This document shows, one piece after another, positions 9,181 to 19,551 of a stretch of DNA of 64,000 bases (positions within the stretch are counted from its first letter, which is position 1; every line of letters begins with the position of its first letter). The notes below the pieces were generated by a model. That model did no database searches. It was given only the letters and a program-made list of their open reading frames with translations, and was not told the DNA's origin. The DNA is taken from contig JAXINS010000021.1 in assembly GCA_034190395.1 (NCBI GenBank), positions 51,230-115,229 on the forward strand. Direction: 5' to 3'. The position numbers and the translations under genes are program-made. Source of the stretch: Candidatus Chewarchaeum aethiopicum. GTDB lineage: Archaea > Halobacteriota > Halobacteria > Halobacteriales > Hikarchaeaceae.

Positions 9181-10050
9181 TCAGAGGAAATCAGCGACGT
9201 ACTCGACGACCTGATCGGGCGTATCGCCGACGGGAACGCCAGCGTCGTTGAGCGCATCGATCTTGCTCTGGGCGGTCCCGGTACCCTCGCCCGAAACGAT
9301 CGCGCCGGCATGGCCCATCCGTTTGCCTGGCGGGGCGGTCCGTCCCGCGATGAAGCCGGCGACCGGCGTGTCCATGTACTCGGCGATGTAATCGGCGGCC
9401 GCCTCCTCGTCCTCGCCGCCGATCTCGCCACACATCACGACGGCATCGGTCTCGGTATCGGCTTCGAACAGCTCGAGAGCATCGATGAAGTCCGTCCCGA
9501 TGATCGGATCGCCGCCGATCCCGATGGCGGTCGTCTGGCCGATCCCCCGGCTGGTGAGGTTATCGACGATCTGGTAGGTCAAGGTCCCCGACCGGGAGAC
9601 CAGACCGACGTTGCCGTCGGCGAAGATGTTCCCCGGTAGGATGCCGAGTTTGCTCTCGCCCGGCGTGATGATCCCCGGACAATTCGGGCCGATGAGTCGG
9701 GTGTCGACCTCCTTTAGGCGCTTGTAGACACCGCTCATGTCCTGGGTCGGGATGCCCTCGGTGATCGCCACCACGAGATCGAGCGACGTATCGAGGGCCT
9801 CGTAGATGGCATCCGCCGCGAAGGCCGGTGGCACGAACACAACCGATGCGTCGGCGTTTTCCTCACGGACGGCGCTGTGGACCGTATCGTAGACGGGCAC
9901 GCCGTGGACCGTCTCGCCACCCTTGCCGGGGACGGCACCGGCGACCACGTTCGTCCCGTAGTCGATCATCTGTTCGGTGTGGAACGACCCCTCGCCGCCG
10001 GTGATGCCTTGGACGACCACGCGGGTGTCGTCGTCGACGAGAACGCTCAT
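9181..10050 (-). CDS. sucD: succinyl-CoA synthetase alpha subunit
   Basis: N-terminal [23 protein letters not shown], and the phosphohistidine loop [10 protein letters not shown]. It overlaps sucC by 4 nt. Confidence 0.95.
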   Translation of the reverse strand: MSVLVDDDTRVVVQGITGGEGSFHTEQMIDYGTNVVAGAVPGKGGETVHGVPVYDTVHSAVREENADASVVFVPPAFAADAIYEALDTSLDLVVAITEGIPTQDMSGVYKRLKEVDTRLIGPNCPGIITPGESKLGILPGNIFADGNVGLVSRSGTLTYQIVDNLTSRGIGQTTAIGIGGDPIIGTDFIDALELFEADTETDAVVMCGEIGGEDEEAAADYIAEYMDTPVAGFIAGRTAPPGKRMGHAGAIVSGEGTGTAQSKIDALNDAGVPVGDTPDQVVEYVADFL

Positions 10051-11192
10051 GCGGCCACCTCCTGGGCTCGCTCGACGGCCCGTTGGACGGCGGCCTCAAG
10101 GGTCTCTTCGACTTCGACGACCTCCGTATTGAGAATCTCCATGCCTTCAGTGGCGTTGGTGCCCGCCAGCCGGACGACGACCGGCTTGGGTAGTTCGTCG
10201 AACTCCGCGAGCGCCTCGTTGATCCCCCGGGCCACTTCGTCGCCACGCGTGATCCCGCCGAAGATGTTGAACACGACGGCGTCGACGTTCTCGTCGGCGA
10301 ACACCATATCCAGCGCGTTCCGGACCCGTTCGGCCTTGGCACCGCCGCCGATGTCAAGGAAGTTCGCGGGCGTCCCCTCGTAGTAATCAACCAGATCGAG
10401 GGTCGTCATCACCAGGCCGGCGCCGTTGCCGATGACGCCGACGTTCCCCGACAGCCGAACGTAATCGAACCCGTATTCGTTTGCCTTGGCTTCGAGTTCG
10501 TCGCTGGCGGCCTCGTCTTCCATCTCCGCCAGATCGGACTGGCGAAAGAGCGCGTCGTCGTCGATGTTGAGCACGGCGTCCGCCGCGATGACATCGTTAT
10601 CGGCGGTCACCATCAGCGGGTTGATCTCGGCCTCGGAGGCGTCTTTCTCGTCCCAGAGGTCGTACAGTGTCGTCAGGATCGACGCCACATCGCCCGCGAT
10701 CTCGCGGGGAATCCCGGCCTCGTAAACGGCCTTGCGAGCCTGGAAGGGATGCATGCCAAAGGCCGGGTCGATGTGTTCGCGGGCGATCGCATCGGGCGTT
10801 TCGGCGGCGACTTCCTCGATGTTGACCCCGCCCTTCGAGGAAACCATCGCCACCGGCCGGCCTTCGCCGCGATCCATCGTCACGCCGACGTACAGTTCGT
10901 TCGTGAAGTCGACCGCCTCCTCAACGAGGACCTTCTCGACGTGATACCCTTTGAGGTCCATTCCGAGGATTTCCTCGGCGGCCGTCCGAGCCTCGGATTC
11001 GTCCTCTGCCAGTTTGATACCCCCGGCCTTGCCGCGGCCACCGACGTGGACCTGCGCCTTGACGGCGACCGGATAGCCGATCGACGCCGCGGCCTCGACG
11101 ACGTCGTTGACGGTCGTCGCGAGGGTCGCCGATGGCGTCGGCATCCCCGCCTCGGCGAACACCTCTTTGGCCTGATACTCGTGGAGTCGCAT
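10047..11192 (-). CDS. sucC: succinyl-CoA synthetase beta subunit
   Basis: [20 protein letters not shown].. ATP-grasp N-terminus, ..[19 protein letters not shown].., and a C-terminal ligase-CoA domain. Confidence 0.95.
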   Translation of the reverse strand: MRLHEYQAKEVFAEAGMPTPSATLATTVNDVVEAAASIGYPVAVKAQVHVGGRGKAGGIKLAEDESEARTAAEEILGMDLKGYHVEKVLVEEAVDFTNELYVGVTMDRGEGRPVAMVSSKGGVNIEEVAAETPDAIAREHIDPAFGMHPFQARKAVYEAGIPREIAGDVASILTTLYDLWDEKDASEAEINPLMVTADNDVIAADAVLNIDDDALFRQSDLAEMEDEAASDELEAKANEYGFDYVRLSGNVGVIGNGAGLVMTTLDLVDYYEGTPANFLDIGGGAKAERVRNALDMVFADENVDAVVFNIFGGITRGDEVARGINEALAEFDELPKPVVVRLAGTNATEGMEILNTEVVEVEETLEAAVQRAVERAQEVAA

Positions 11193-11333
11193 ATATCCCT
11201 AGGCGGTCTCGCGGTTCGCTTAAACCCACCCATATCTCTACGATGCGATCCCCACACGGTATGAATGGATCATCGAACCCTCCCGCCGGCTGTCGTGAGT
11301 CTCGCCTTCGTTCCGGCCGATCCCGGGGATCGA

Positions 11334-11582
11334 TTACTGCGTCCTGGTTTCTTCTTCGGTCGGGATGAGCCGCCCCTCACGAACCAATTCATCCAACGGC
11401 TCTAAGGTAATCAACTCGCCACTCTGGCCGTGGATCACCCCGTAGGCCTTGTTATCCCCGACCCCGGTGAGTTTCACCGTCGATTCGATCTCGTTGGCCG
11501 CCGGGTCTTTGAGATGGTACGTCTCGAGCGGTTCGATTTCGACGGTGTGATCCTCCAACTCGATCTCAGCGGACGACATCAC
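11334..11582 (-). CDS. small acidic hypothetical protein
   Basis: 82-aa ORF with haloarchaeal-like acidic composition and no overlapping better ORF. I recognise no family. Confidence 0.45.
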   Translation of the reverse strand: MMSSAEIELEDHTVEIEPLETYHLKDPAANEIESTVKLTGVGDNKAYGVIHGQSGELITLEPLDELVREGRLIPTEEETRTQ

Positions 11583-11684
11583 TGTAGTGTACTCGGATTG
11601 TGGGATTTAGTGCTTACGGCTATCCTTTCCGTATTCGATCGCTCACACCGCCAATAGTTCCGAATTCGACAACCGTGCCGTTAG

Positions 11685-12392
11685 TTATGCTTCGCCATAC
11701 ACCGGCACGGCCGCGCCGCTGGTGACCTCCGCTGCGTCACTACTGAGGAACAACACCATCTCGGCGATCTCGCTTGGATCGACCCACTTCGAGAAATCCG
11801 CCCCGGACATCATCTCCCGGTTCATCGGCGTGTCGATGACGCTCGGCATGACGGCGTTGGCCCGCACAGTACCGAGGTTCTCCTCGGCGATGGTTTCGGT
11901 CAGCAGGCGTACTCCCGCCTTCGATGCCCGGTATGGACCGTCCCCCTCACCACCCTCAAGCGATGAACGGGCCGACACGGACACGATGGTGCCGTTGGTT
12001 TCTTGGAGGTGGGGAAGGGCGTGTTTCGAGGCCAGGAACATGGTCTTGAGATTCACATCGAAAATGAACTCGAATTCCTCGACGTCGGTTTCGTGGATCG
12101 GGTCCCCGCCCCGCCAGGTGCCGGCGATGTTACAGAGGGCATCGAGCTGCCCGTGATCGTCGATAACGCCGTCGATAACGGTTTCGACGGCGGCCTCCTC
12201 GGTGAGATCGGCCTCGTAGAACTCTACCACCTCCGGATCGACCAACGCGTCGTCGTTCTCGGGGGCAACCAGATCCGTTCCACAGACCGTCGCGCCGGCC
12301 GCATCGAACGCTTCGGCGATCGCACTGCCGAGCGCGCCGCTGACACCCGTGACCAACACCACATGCTCGCTGAAATCAAACGTCGTCGACAT
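11685..12392 (-). CDS. SDR-family oxidoreductase
   Basis: The TGxxxGxG motif (VLVTGVSGALGSAI) and the catalytic YRASK motif. Confidence 0.85.
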   Translation of the reverse strand: MSTTFDFSEHVVLVTGVSGALGSAIAEAFDAAGATVCGTDLVAPENDDALVDPEVVEFYEADLTEEAAVETVIDGVIDDHGQLDALCNIAGTWRGGDPIHETDVEEFEFIFDVNLKTMFLASKHALPHLQETNGTIVSVSARSSLEGGEGDGPYRASKAGVRLLTETIAEENLGTVRANAVMPSVIDTPMNREMMSGADFSKWVDPSEIAEMVLFLSSDAAEVTSGAAVPVYGEA

Positions 12393-12513
12393 GGTCTATC
12401 CGTCCAGTCGGTGTAAACACGAATAAATGTAGTTGCGATCATCCTGCGATCCCCCCGAAAACGGCCGGCCGGAGTGAAAGAATTATGCGCCGGTCACCGT
12501 ATGCTCCGGTAGC

Positions 12514-13464
12514 GTGACCGAGCTTGGCGATGGCTGGTACTCCCGTCGACGGGCGATCGGGGGCCTCCTTTCGATGGCCGGGACGTCTCTTGCTGGCTGT
12601 ACCGGGGTCCTCGATCCCGACCGCACCGACGGTGACTCGACCGGCGGTTCGAGGCCGCCGGTTTCGATTCTCGCCGCTGGCAGCCTCCAGCTGGCACTGT
12701 CGGAGGGGTTGGCTGCGCTGGTCGATGTGCCACTCCGGATCGAGGCCCACGGATCGACGACCGTGGCACGCCTCGTTGCCGATGGCAACCGGACGCCGGA
12801 TATCGTTTCGCTGGCCGATACTGCGCTTTTCGATACGCTGCTGCCCGCCTCCTGGTACGCTGTCTTCGCGAGCAATGCGATCGTCATCGCGTATAACACC
12901 GACACTGATGGTGGACAGCGGGTGGCTGCGGCGGGCCAGGACGCATGGTTTCGCTCCCTGCTTCGCGACGATATTTCACTTGGTCGGACCGACCCCGATC
13001 AGGATCCGCTCGGCTATCGGACGCTGTTTATGCTCGATCTTGCCAGCCGCTACTACGATGGAGTGGCCGATCTCCGGTCCCGACTGACGAGCAGAGAGCA
13101 ACTCTATCCCGAGACCGCCCTGCTCAGCCAGTTCGAGACTGGCGCCATCGATGCCGCCGTCGTCTATCGCAACATGGCCGTCGAACGCGATTTCGATTAT
13201 ATCGAACTCCCCGACGAAATCGATCTGAGTAATCCCGACTTCGTCGAGGACTGGTATTCGACGGTTGCGTACGAGCTCCCTTCCGGAGCGACCGTGACTG
13301 GCGATCTCATCAGCTACGGAGCGACAACGCGTCGGCTGAGCCAGCCGATCATCGATGTCTTTAGGGCCCACGTCACCGGTGAGTATCTCACGGAGTACGG
13401 TTTCATCGTTCCCGACAACTTCCCTCGATACCCCGGTGATGTTCCCGACTCGATCCCCGAGTGA
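12514..13464 (+). CDS. molybdate/tungstate ABC transporter substrate-binding lipoprotein (WtpA/ModA-like)
   Basis: Twin-arginine motif SRRRAIGG plus lipobox LAGC. ILAAGSLQLAL and RTDPDQDPLGYRTL are typical of archaeal oxyanion-binding proteins. GTG start. Confidence 0.7.
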   Translation: MTELGDGWYSRRRAIGGLLSMAGTSLAGCTGVLDPDRTDGDSTGGSRPPVSILAAGSLQLALSEGLAALVDVPLRIEAHGSTTVARLVADGNRTPDIVSLADTALFDTLLPASWYAVFASNAIVIAYNTDTDGGQRVAAAGQDAWFRSLLRDDISLGRTDPDQDPLGYRTLFMLDLASRYYDGVADLRSRLTSREQLYPETALLSQFETGAIDAAVVYRNMAVERDFDYIELPDEIDLSNPDFVEDWYSTVAYELPSGATVTGDLISYGATTRRLSQPIIDVFRAHVTGEYLTEYGFIVPDNFPRYPGDVPDSIPE

Positions 13465-13489
13465 CCGCCGTTGGTTTGCCCCCGACTGG

Positions 13490-14251
13490 ATGACCGTTAG
13501 CGTCGTCCTCGGGAGCGTCTTGGTTCTCTATTATGTCGTGCCCTTGCTTGCGATGTTCGTCGCCCAGCCGTGGTCGGTGGTCCTCGCTAGGATGGCTGAT
13601 CCGACCGTCATCGCCGCCGCGACGACCTCGCTCCTTTCGGCATCGATCACGACCGTCATCGCCGCGATCTTCGGTGTGCCACTCGCCTACTGGCTCGCCC
13701 GGACCGAAGGTCGGTGGAAACCGGCTATCCATGCCGTCGTGGTATTGCCGTTGATCCTCCCACCGACGGTCGGCGGGCTCGTGTTGCTCACAGTCATCGG
13801 ACCGAACACACCGATCGGTACCGCCGCCGGGACACTCGACATCGCGCTGACTCGCTCACTCATCGGTGTGATTCTCGCCCAGACGTTCGTCGCCTCGCCC
13901 TTTACGATCGTGACCGCGACCGCTGCCTTCGCGGGGGTTGATCGCCACCTCGAGCACGCTTCCCGGACGCTTGGGAAAGGGCGCTGGACGACGTTCCGTC
14001 GGGTGACACTGCCCCTTGCCTGGCCGGGGATCGTCGCGGGGGTGACTCTGACGTTCGCCCGGGCGATGGGGGAGTTCGGCGCGACCTTGATGCTTGCATA
14101 CTATCCCCGGACGATGCCCGTGCAGATCTGGGTAGCGTTTATCGAACTCGGGGTCGCCAACGCCTACCCGGTCGCGGTGATTCTGGTGGTCGTTGCCATC
14201 GTGGCGCTCGTGATTTTGAACACCGTTGGCACGAATCCGTGGGGTGGGTAA
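13490..14251 (+). CDS. ABC transporter permease (ModB/WtpB-like)
   Basis: Internal ATG of track ORF 13355..14251, lying after the upstream stop. Polytopic, with a binding-protein-dependent transport motif region (..FARAMGEFGATLMLAY..). Confidence 0.8.
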   Translation: MTVSVVLGSVLVLYYVVPLLAMFVAQPWSVVLARMADPTVIAAATTSLLSASITTVIAAIFGVPLAYWLARTEGRWKPAIHAVVVLPLILPPTVGGLVLLTVIGPNTPIGTAAGTLDIALTRSLIGVILAQTFVASPFTIVTATAAFAGVDRHLEHASRTLGKGRWTTFRRVTLPLAWPGIVAGVTLTFARAMGEFGATLMLAYYPRTMPVQIWVAFIELGVANAYPVAVILVVVAIVALVILNTVGTNPWGG

Positions 14252-15306
14252 CCGTGCTGGTTCTCGAAGCCATCGAGAAATCCTTTGAAGGATTCGAACT
14301 CGGCCCGATCGATTTGTCGGTCGATTCGGAGGTGCTCTCGGTGTTGGGCCCCTCCGGCTGTGGGAAGACGACCTTGCTCTCGATTATCGCCGGTATCACG
14401 ACGCCGGATGAGGGATCGATCGCACTCGATGGTGTCCAGCTTACCGACCGACCACCCGAGGATCGCGGGACAGTGTTGCTCTTTCAGAACCGGTCGCTGT
14501 TCCCGCATATGACCGCCCGGGAGAATCTCCAGTATGCGGCGGCACCGTCGGCTGATATCGAGACCCTCGTCGCTACGCTTGAAATCGGGGATATCCTCGA
14601 TCAACAGGCGGCAACGCTCTCGGGTGGTGAAGGCCAACGGGTAGCACTGGCACGAGCGCTGGCGGCCGATCCGGCGGCCCTGCTGTTGGATGAGCCACTC
14701 GCGAATCTCGATGCCCCGATCAAACGTCGGTTGCGTGACGATCTGCGTGACCTACTGACCCCGCTCGACATTCCGGTACTCTATGTCACGCATGACCAAA
14801 CGGAGGCGAGCAGTATCGGCGATCGACTCGCGGTCATGCACGACGGCCAGTTCATCCAGGAGGGATCGCCGGCGACGGTGTTCGAACGACCGGCGACGCC
14901 CTTCGTCGCCTCGTTTACCGGCAGCCAGAACGTCTTTCGGGCTACCGTCGAGCCTCCCGAGGACACGGCGATCCTCCGGTGGGGCGACCAGCAGTTGACG
15001 GTCGCCGGGCAGCCATCCATTGTTGACGGGTCGGTCTGGGTCTCGATTCGGCCGGAACAGATCGAACCGGTCGCTGGGACGGCCGAGGTCACGAACTCCA
15101 TACAGGGGACGATCGTCGATCGCGTTTTCGAGGGCGGTACCCATCGACTCACCCTCTCGTTCGACGGTACCGACGACCCGCTCACGATGACGGTGCTCCC
15201 GCCGACGTATCGACATCACGAACTCGCGAAACGGGACCGGGTCACGGTCTCGATCCCACCGGAGGCCATCCATCTGATCGCGGCCGATAGTAACGGCTCG
15301 ACCTGA
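14239..15306 (+). CDS. ABC transporter ATP-binding protein (ModC/WtpC-like)
   Basis: Walker A GPSGCGKTT, signature LSGGEGQRVALARAL, Walker B LLLDEPL, and a C-terminal TOBE-like region. The start may instead be the GTG at 14254, just after the permease stop. Confidence 0.85.
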   Translation: MGWVTVLVLEAIEKSFEGFELGPIDLSVDSEVLSVLGPSGCGKTTLLSIIAGITTPDEGSIALDGVQLTDRPPEDRGTVLLFQNRSLFPHMTARENLQYAAAPSADIETLVATLEIGDILDQQAATLSGGEGQRVALARALAADPAALLLDEPLANLDAPIKRRLRDDLRDLLTPLDIPVLYVTHDQTEASSIGDRLAVMHDGQFIQEGSPATVFERPATPFVASFTGSQNVFRATVEPPEDTAILRWGDQQLTVAGQPSIVDGSVWVSIRPEQIEPVAGTAEVTNSIQGTIVDRVFEGGTHRLTLSFDGTDDPLTMTVLPPTYRHHELAKRDRVTVSIPPEAIHLIAADSNGST

Positions 15307-15370
15307 GTACCGTCGGTGTCGATCGACGGATCGGCTCACCCGATCATTTCGGGGATTGAACCGACGTACC

Positions 15371-15376
15371 GTTTTT
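15371..15376 (+). terminator. T-run downstream of the ABC operon (possible archaeal terminator)
   Basis: GTTTTT lies ~65 nt after the ATPase stop, and archaeal termination commonly uses oligo-T. The evidence is weak and purely positional. Confidence 0.25.
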
Positions 15377-15592
15377 CCTGCTGATAACTCGGACCTGAGT
15401 TTTAAATAATCGCTTGAGACCGTCCAAACGAGGGACAGGGGATATGATCGCCTGTACGAGAGGGAGGGGTTTCCCCAGCGATTCGTGGCCAGTCACACCT
15501 GGCCGTGATCGTGGGGGAGTACGACCAGTACTCGAACTGCTCGACGACCATCCAACTAGCATCACCGGCCAGGAGGTGGCTGTTCTCCAGCC

Positions 15593-15600
15593 GATAAAAT
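15593..15600 (+). promoter_or_regulatory. TATA-like box for the histidine kinase gene
   Basis: GATAAAAT is centred ~22-25 nt upstream of the ATG at 15619, which is leaderless-mRNA geometry. Confidence 0.35.
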
Positions 15601-15618
15601 CCAGGGGAGGAACTGGCC

Positions 15619-16713
15619 ATGGCCGGTTTTGAGATCTCCAAACGCGATCTGGGGGGTGCTTATTTGTTCAGCTTGGCCATCGGATTCGTCCTGGCGGTCG
15701 GGGTCAATCTGTACCTTTATCCGCTACGGGAAGCCTCGATCGTCATCGGCGCAGCCAGCGGCGGCCTCCTCGCGCTTTCGCTTGTCTACGTCGGTATCCG
15801 GATCTATCGAAGCAATCTGAACGATGAACAGGTCTGGACCATCTCCCAGTGGAGTTCGGTTGGGCTCGGTATCACGACGCTGCTCGCCGTTTTTGGTATC
15901 TTTACTTTCGATCTGTGGACGGCGTTGGGACCGACGTACTTTCTCAATCTGAGCGCTGCCGGTGGCGTGACGGGAGCGCTTGTAGCGTCAATTCACAGCT
16001 TGCAGACGGAGAATCGACAAACCGTCCGGCTCTACCGACGGAATATCGTCCTCCAACGAGTCCTGCGCCACAATATCCGCAATAGCATGAACGTCATGCG
16101 AGGGTATGCCGACATCCTGGAGGACGATCTCCAAGGTCCTAACGAAGAGATGGCCGAATCGATCCGTCGCCAGGCTGATTCGGTAGCGAGCCTCAGCGAG
16201 ACGGTCCGGGATTTCACGTCTCTCGATGCGGATCGCACGACCAAGTCGGTCGATATCGTCTCCTTGCTCGACGCTCAACTCGACGCGTTCACTGAATATC
16301 ACCCATATGTGACCATCGAACGAACGATGCCCGCGGAGGCTTGGGGCCGGGTCGATGATCTCCTCGAAGTCGCCGTCTGGCATCTCCTCGAGAACGTCAT
16401 CCACTACAACGACGATCGAGCCCCCACCCTCTCTCTTTCCGTCTCGACGGACGCCGATACGATCACGGTCCACCTCAGTGACGACAGCACGGGCATCCCC
16501 CAACAGGTCCTTGCCGCCGTCCGACAGGGCCAGGAAACCCAACTCGAACACACCGATGGACTCGGACTCTGGCTGGCCAAATGGCTGATCGAAGATTACG
16601 GCGGCGAAATCCGGTTCGATGACGATGACGCGGCGGGGACCGACGTCCGGTTTACGATCCCCCGAGCAGAGCAACCGGTCCAGCCGACCAACGAGGTGGA
16701 GGTGGTCGCCTGA
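15619..16713 (+). CDS. membrane sensor histidine kinase (4 TM, HisKA + HATPase_c)
   Basis: Four N-terminal hydrophobic helices; H-box VLRHNIRNSMNVMRGYADIL; ATPase motifs ..NVIHYN.., DDSTGIP, GLGLWLAKWLIEDYGGEI. Confidence 0.85.
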   Translation: MAGFEISKRDLGGAYLFSLAIGFVLAVGVNLYLYPLREASIVIGAASGGLLALSLVYVGIRIYRSNLNDEQVWTISQWSSVGLGITTLLAVFGIFTFDLWTALGPTYFLNLSAAGGVTGALVASIHSLQTENRQTVRLYRRNIVLQRVLRHNIRNSMNVMRGYADILEDDLQGPNEEMAESIRRQADSVASLSETVRDFTSLDADRTTKSVDIVSLLDAQLDAFTEYHPYVTIERTMPAEAWGRVDDLLEVAVWHLLENVIHYNDDRAPTLSLSVSTDADTITVHLSDDSTGIPQQVLAAVRQGQETQLEHTDGLGLWLAKWLIEDYGGEIRFDDDDAAGTDVRFTIPRAEQPVQPTNEVEVVA

Positions 16714-17618
16714 TGGCATCTGGGGCGGTCGCGCAGTTTTCCGGGTCGATCCTCGGCGATATTCCCCACGCCGATGGACCGACCACCTCAAAGATAACCC
16801 TCGATCAGGATCGGCTTTGTGTCGACTCCGCTCAACTCCCGGACGACGATGGGGAGATCGACGATGAGTGGAGCATCGAAATCCCGCTCGCGTCGGTCTT
16901 CGATATCGTTCTCGGGCCACCACCACAGGCGATTGCCGATCACTTCACGACCGAGACGGTTACTATCGCCTATGATGAGGACGGACGAAGCGTCCTCCAT
17001 ATCGGACATCCTGACGAATCCACTCTCTCTCGATTCGGCAATATCCTCTTTATGAGCATCCTCAACGAGACCGATATCGTTTTTCGCCATCCCGCCGAAA
17101 TCGGCGGCCGGGTTACGGGTCAATCATCCGCTCCAGGGGAACTCTATCTTCGAGAAAACACCGTTCAGGTCCTCAACCCGACTGGATCGTTTACAATCCC
17201 ATCGAATGCCGTGATCGATTTTTCGACCCAGCAACGCGAATTCGACGACGAAGCGCTCCCCTGTGTTTCGGTTTCGTATCTCCGTGACGGCACTTCGATT
17301 CTCGCCGAGATCGCGGTTGATTCCCAACGGAAGATCAATCTCCTCGGTCGCTTTTTGCGCCGGAAATACCGGAAGTTACGCCGTGAGCTCAGTGATTTCG
17401 AACTCTCCGAGGACGAAATCGAGGTGTTGACCAAGCTGTATACCCTTGGGGGCCAGGCAAAGGTCCGATCACTGCTCTCGGAGCGATCCCGACAGTCGAT
17501 CGAGAAGCTGGCGAAACTGGACGGTCGTGGATTGGTCACCGTCGAGGACGGTCTGGTAACGATGTCTCCCGAGGCTTGGATCATCGTCACCGATGAGATC
17601 GAAGTCGTAAACACATAA
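16713..17618 (+). CDS. CheF-family (archaeal DUF439-like) protein
   Basis: The start overlaps the kinase stop (TGATG). The layout matches my recollection of CheF: ..KITLDQDRLCV.., ..IPLASVFDIVLG.., ..TVTIAY.., FRHPAEIGGRVTG, ..RKINLLGRFLRRKY.., and a C-terminal LSEDEIEVLTKLYTLGG wHTH-like tail. Not verified by search. Confidence 0.6.
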   Translation: MASGAVAQFSGSILGDIPHADGPTTSKITLDQDRLCVDSAQLPDDDGEIDDEWSIEIPLASVFDIVLGPPPQAIADHFTTETVTIAYDEDGRSVLHIGHPDESTLSRFGNILFMSILNETDIVFRHPAEIGGRVTGQSSAPGELYLRENTVQVLNPTGSFTIPSNAVIDFSTQQREFDDEALPCVSVSYLRDGTSILAEIAVDSQRKINLLGRFLRRKYRKLRRELSDFELSEDEIEVLTKLYTLGGQAKVRSLLSERSRQSIEKLAKLDGRGLVTVEDGLVTMSPEAWIIVTDEIEVVNT

Positions 17619-17744
17619 CCGCCGCCACCGCCTCGACGGCGACGAGCCGACCGGTTCCTGATTCCGGACCAGATCGGTCGTCGGCTAGGGAGGCTCTTGG
17701 CTTCCCGGAATCCTTTTGAGGCGGCCTCCGGAAACCGCGGGCTG

Positions 17745-19295
17745 ATGACCGACGAGGAGCGGATCGAGGAACTGCGGGAAAAGAAAGCGGCGGCCCGGAA
17801 GGGCGGCGGCGAGGACCGTATCGCCTCCCAACACGAAAAGGGGAAACTGACCGCCCGCGAGCGCATCGAGTATTTCCTCGACGACGGGTCGTTCACGGAG
17901 TTCGATCAGCTCCGGACCCATCGATCGCACAACTTCGACATGGCCGAAAAGCAGTACTATGGCGACGGCGTCGTCACCGGCTACGGCGAGGTCGACGGGC
18001 GAACCGTCTTCGTCTTCGCCCACGATTTCACCGTCTTCGGTGGCTCCCTCGGGGAGGTCTTCGCCGAGAAAGTCTGTAAGGTCATGGACAAGGCGATGGA
18101 CGTCGGGGCGCCGATCATCGGGCTCAACGACTCCGCGGGCGCCCGCATTCAAGAGGGCGTCGCCAGCCTTGCCGGCTACGGCGATGTCTTCCATCGAAAC
18201 CAGCAGGCGAGCGGTGTTATCCCACAGATCTCGGCGATCATGGGCCCTTGTGCGGGCGGGGCCGTCTACTCGCCGGCGATCACCGATTTCGTCGTGATGG
18301 TCAAGGACACCTCCCACATGTTCATCACCGGGCCGGACGTGATCAAGACCGTCACCGGCGAGGAGATCAGCTTCGAGGACCTCGGCGGCGCCGTTCCCCA
18401 CAGCTCCGACAGCGGCGTAGCCCATTTCGCCGTCGAAGACGAGGAGACAGCCCTCGATCGGATCCGCGAGCTGTTGTCCTACATGCCTCAAAACAACGTC
18501 GAGGATCCACCCCGCATTCAACCGAACGACGACCCCGACCGCCCCTCAGAGGGGGTCGGTGACATCGTCCCGGCCGCTCCCCAGAAACCGTACGACATGG
18601 TCGATGTGATCGAGGGCGTGGTCGACCAGGAGTCGTTTCTGGAAATCCAACCGGCCTTCGCCGCGAACATCGTCATCGGCTTCGGTCGTCTGGACGGCGC
18701 GTCGATCGGTGTCGTCGCCAATCAGCCCCGGGTCAACGCCGGTACCCTCGACATCGACGCCTCCGAGAAAGCCGCCCGATTCGTGCGGTTTTGTGATTCG
18801 TTCAACATCCCGATTCTCACCTTCGTCGACGTGCCCGGTTTCCTCCCCGGCAAGGATCAGGAACACAACGGGATCATCCGCCGGGGCGCGAAACTGCTGT
18901 ATGCGTTCTCCGAGGCGACGGTGCCGCTGTTGACCGTCATCACTCGGAAAGCATACGGTGGGGCCTACGACGTGATGGCCTCCAAGCACATCGGTGCCGA
19001 CATCAATTACGCCTGGCCGTCCGCCGAGATCGCCGTCATGGGCCCCCGAGGGGCCGTAAACGTACTCTACTCCGACGAACTCGAGGCCGCCGATGATCCT
19101 GACGAACGGCGTGAGACCTTGATCGACGAATACCGTGAGGAGTTCGCCAATCCCTTTACGGCGGCCGATCGTGGATTTCTCGACGACGTGATCGAACCGC
19201 CCGAAACCCGTCCGCGACTCATCGAGGACCTCCAGATGATCAAACGCAAACGCTCCCAACAACCGGAGAAGAAACATGGGAACATCCCGCTCTGA
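17745..19295 (+). CDS. pccB: propionyl-CoA carboxylase carboxyltransferase (beta) subunit
   Basis: [14 protein letters not shown].. start (17th codon of the track ORF). Carboxyltransferase motifs ..[16 protein letters not shown].., [11 protein letters not shown], ..[13 protein letters not shown]... Confidence 0.9.
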   Translation: MTDEERIEELREKKAAARKGGGEDRIASQHEKGKLTARERIEYFLDDGSFTEFDQLRTHRSHNFDMAEKQYYGDGVVTGYGEVDGRTVFVFAHDFTVFGGSLGEVFAEKVCKVMDKAMDVGAPIIGLNDSAGARIQEGVASLAGYGDVFHRNQQASGVIPQISAIMGPCAGGAVYSPAITDFVVMVKDTSHMFITGPDVIKTVTGEEISFEDLGGAVPHSSDSGVAHFAVEDEETALDRIRELLSYMPQNNVEDPPRIQPNDDPDRPSEGVGDIVPAAPQKPYDMVDVIEGVVDQESFLEIQPAFAANIVIGFGRLDGASIGVVANQPRVNAGTLDIDASEKAARFVRFCDSFNIPILTFVDVPGFLPGKDQEHNGIIRRGAKLLYAFSEATVPLLTVITRKAYGGAYDVMASKHIGADINYAWPSAEIAVMGPRGAVNVLYSDELEAADDPDERRETLIDEYREEFANPFTAADRGFLDDVIEPPETRPRLIEDLQMIKRKRSQQPEKKHGNIPL

Positions 19296-19542
19296 GCTGC
19301 ACCTCCCCGAGACCGTCGATCCGGAGGAGGCGGCGGCGATCACCGCGGCCATCCGGACGCTCCTCCGTGAGGAACGGGCGACAGCGGTGGCCGCCGAATC
19401 GAGCGACACGACCGATTCGTGGAGCGGAAATCGGTGGACCTTCGCCGGCCGCATGGCCGCCCTTCAGGGCCGTACATCCAGGGCTCCCGATGGGGCGCCA
19501 ACCGATCCCTGGACGGCCGCCGGTCGAACCGATCGCTTCTGA
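19276..19542 (+). CDS. pccX: small acyl-CoA carboxylase accessory (epsilon/PccX-like) subunit
   Basis: 88-aa ORF whose start overlaps the pccB 3' end by 20 nt. The Ala-rich N-terminus (..[17 protein letters not shown]..) resembles small carboxylase subunits. Position immediately after pccB matches the haloarchaeal PCC arrangement. Confidence 0.5.
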   Translation: MGTSRSELHLPETVDPEEAAAITAAIRTLLREERATAVAAESSDTTDSWSGNRWTFAGRMAALQGRTSRAPDGAPTDPWTAAGRTDRF

Positions 19543-19551
19543 GTCGGCGGG

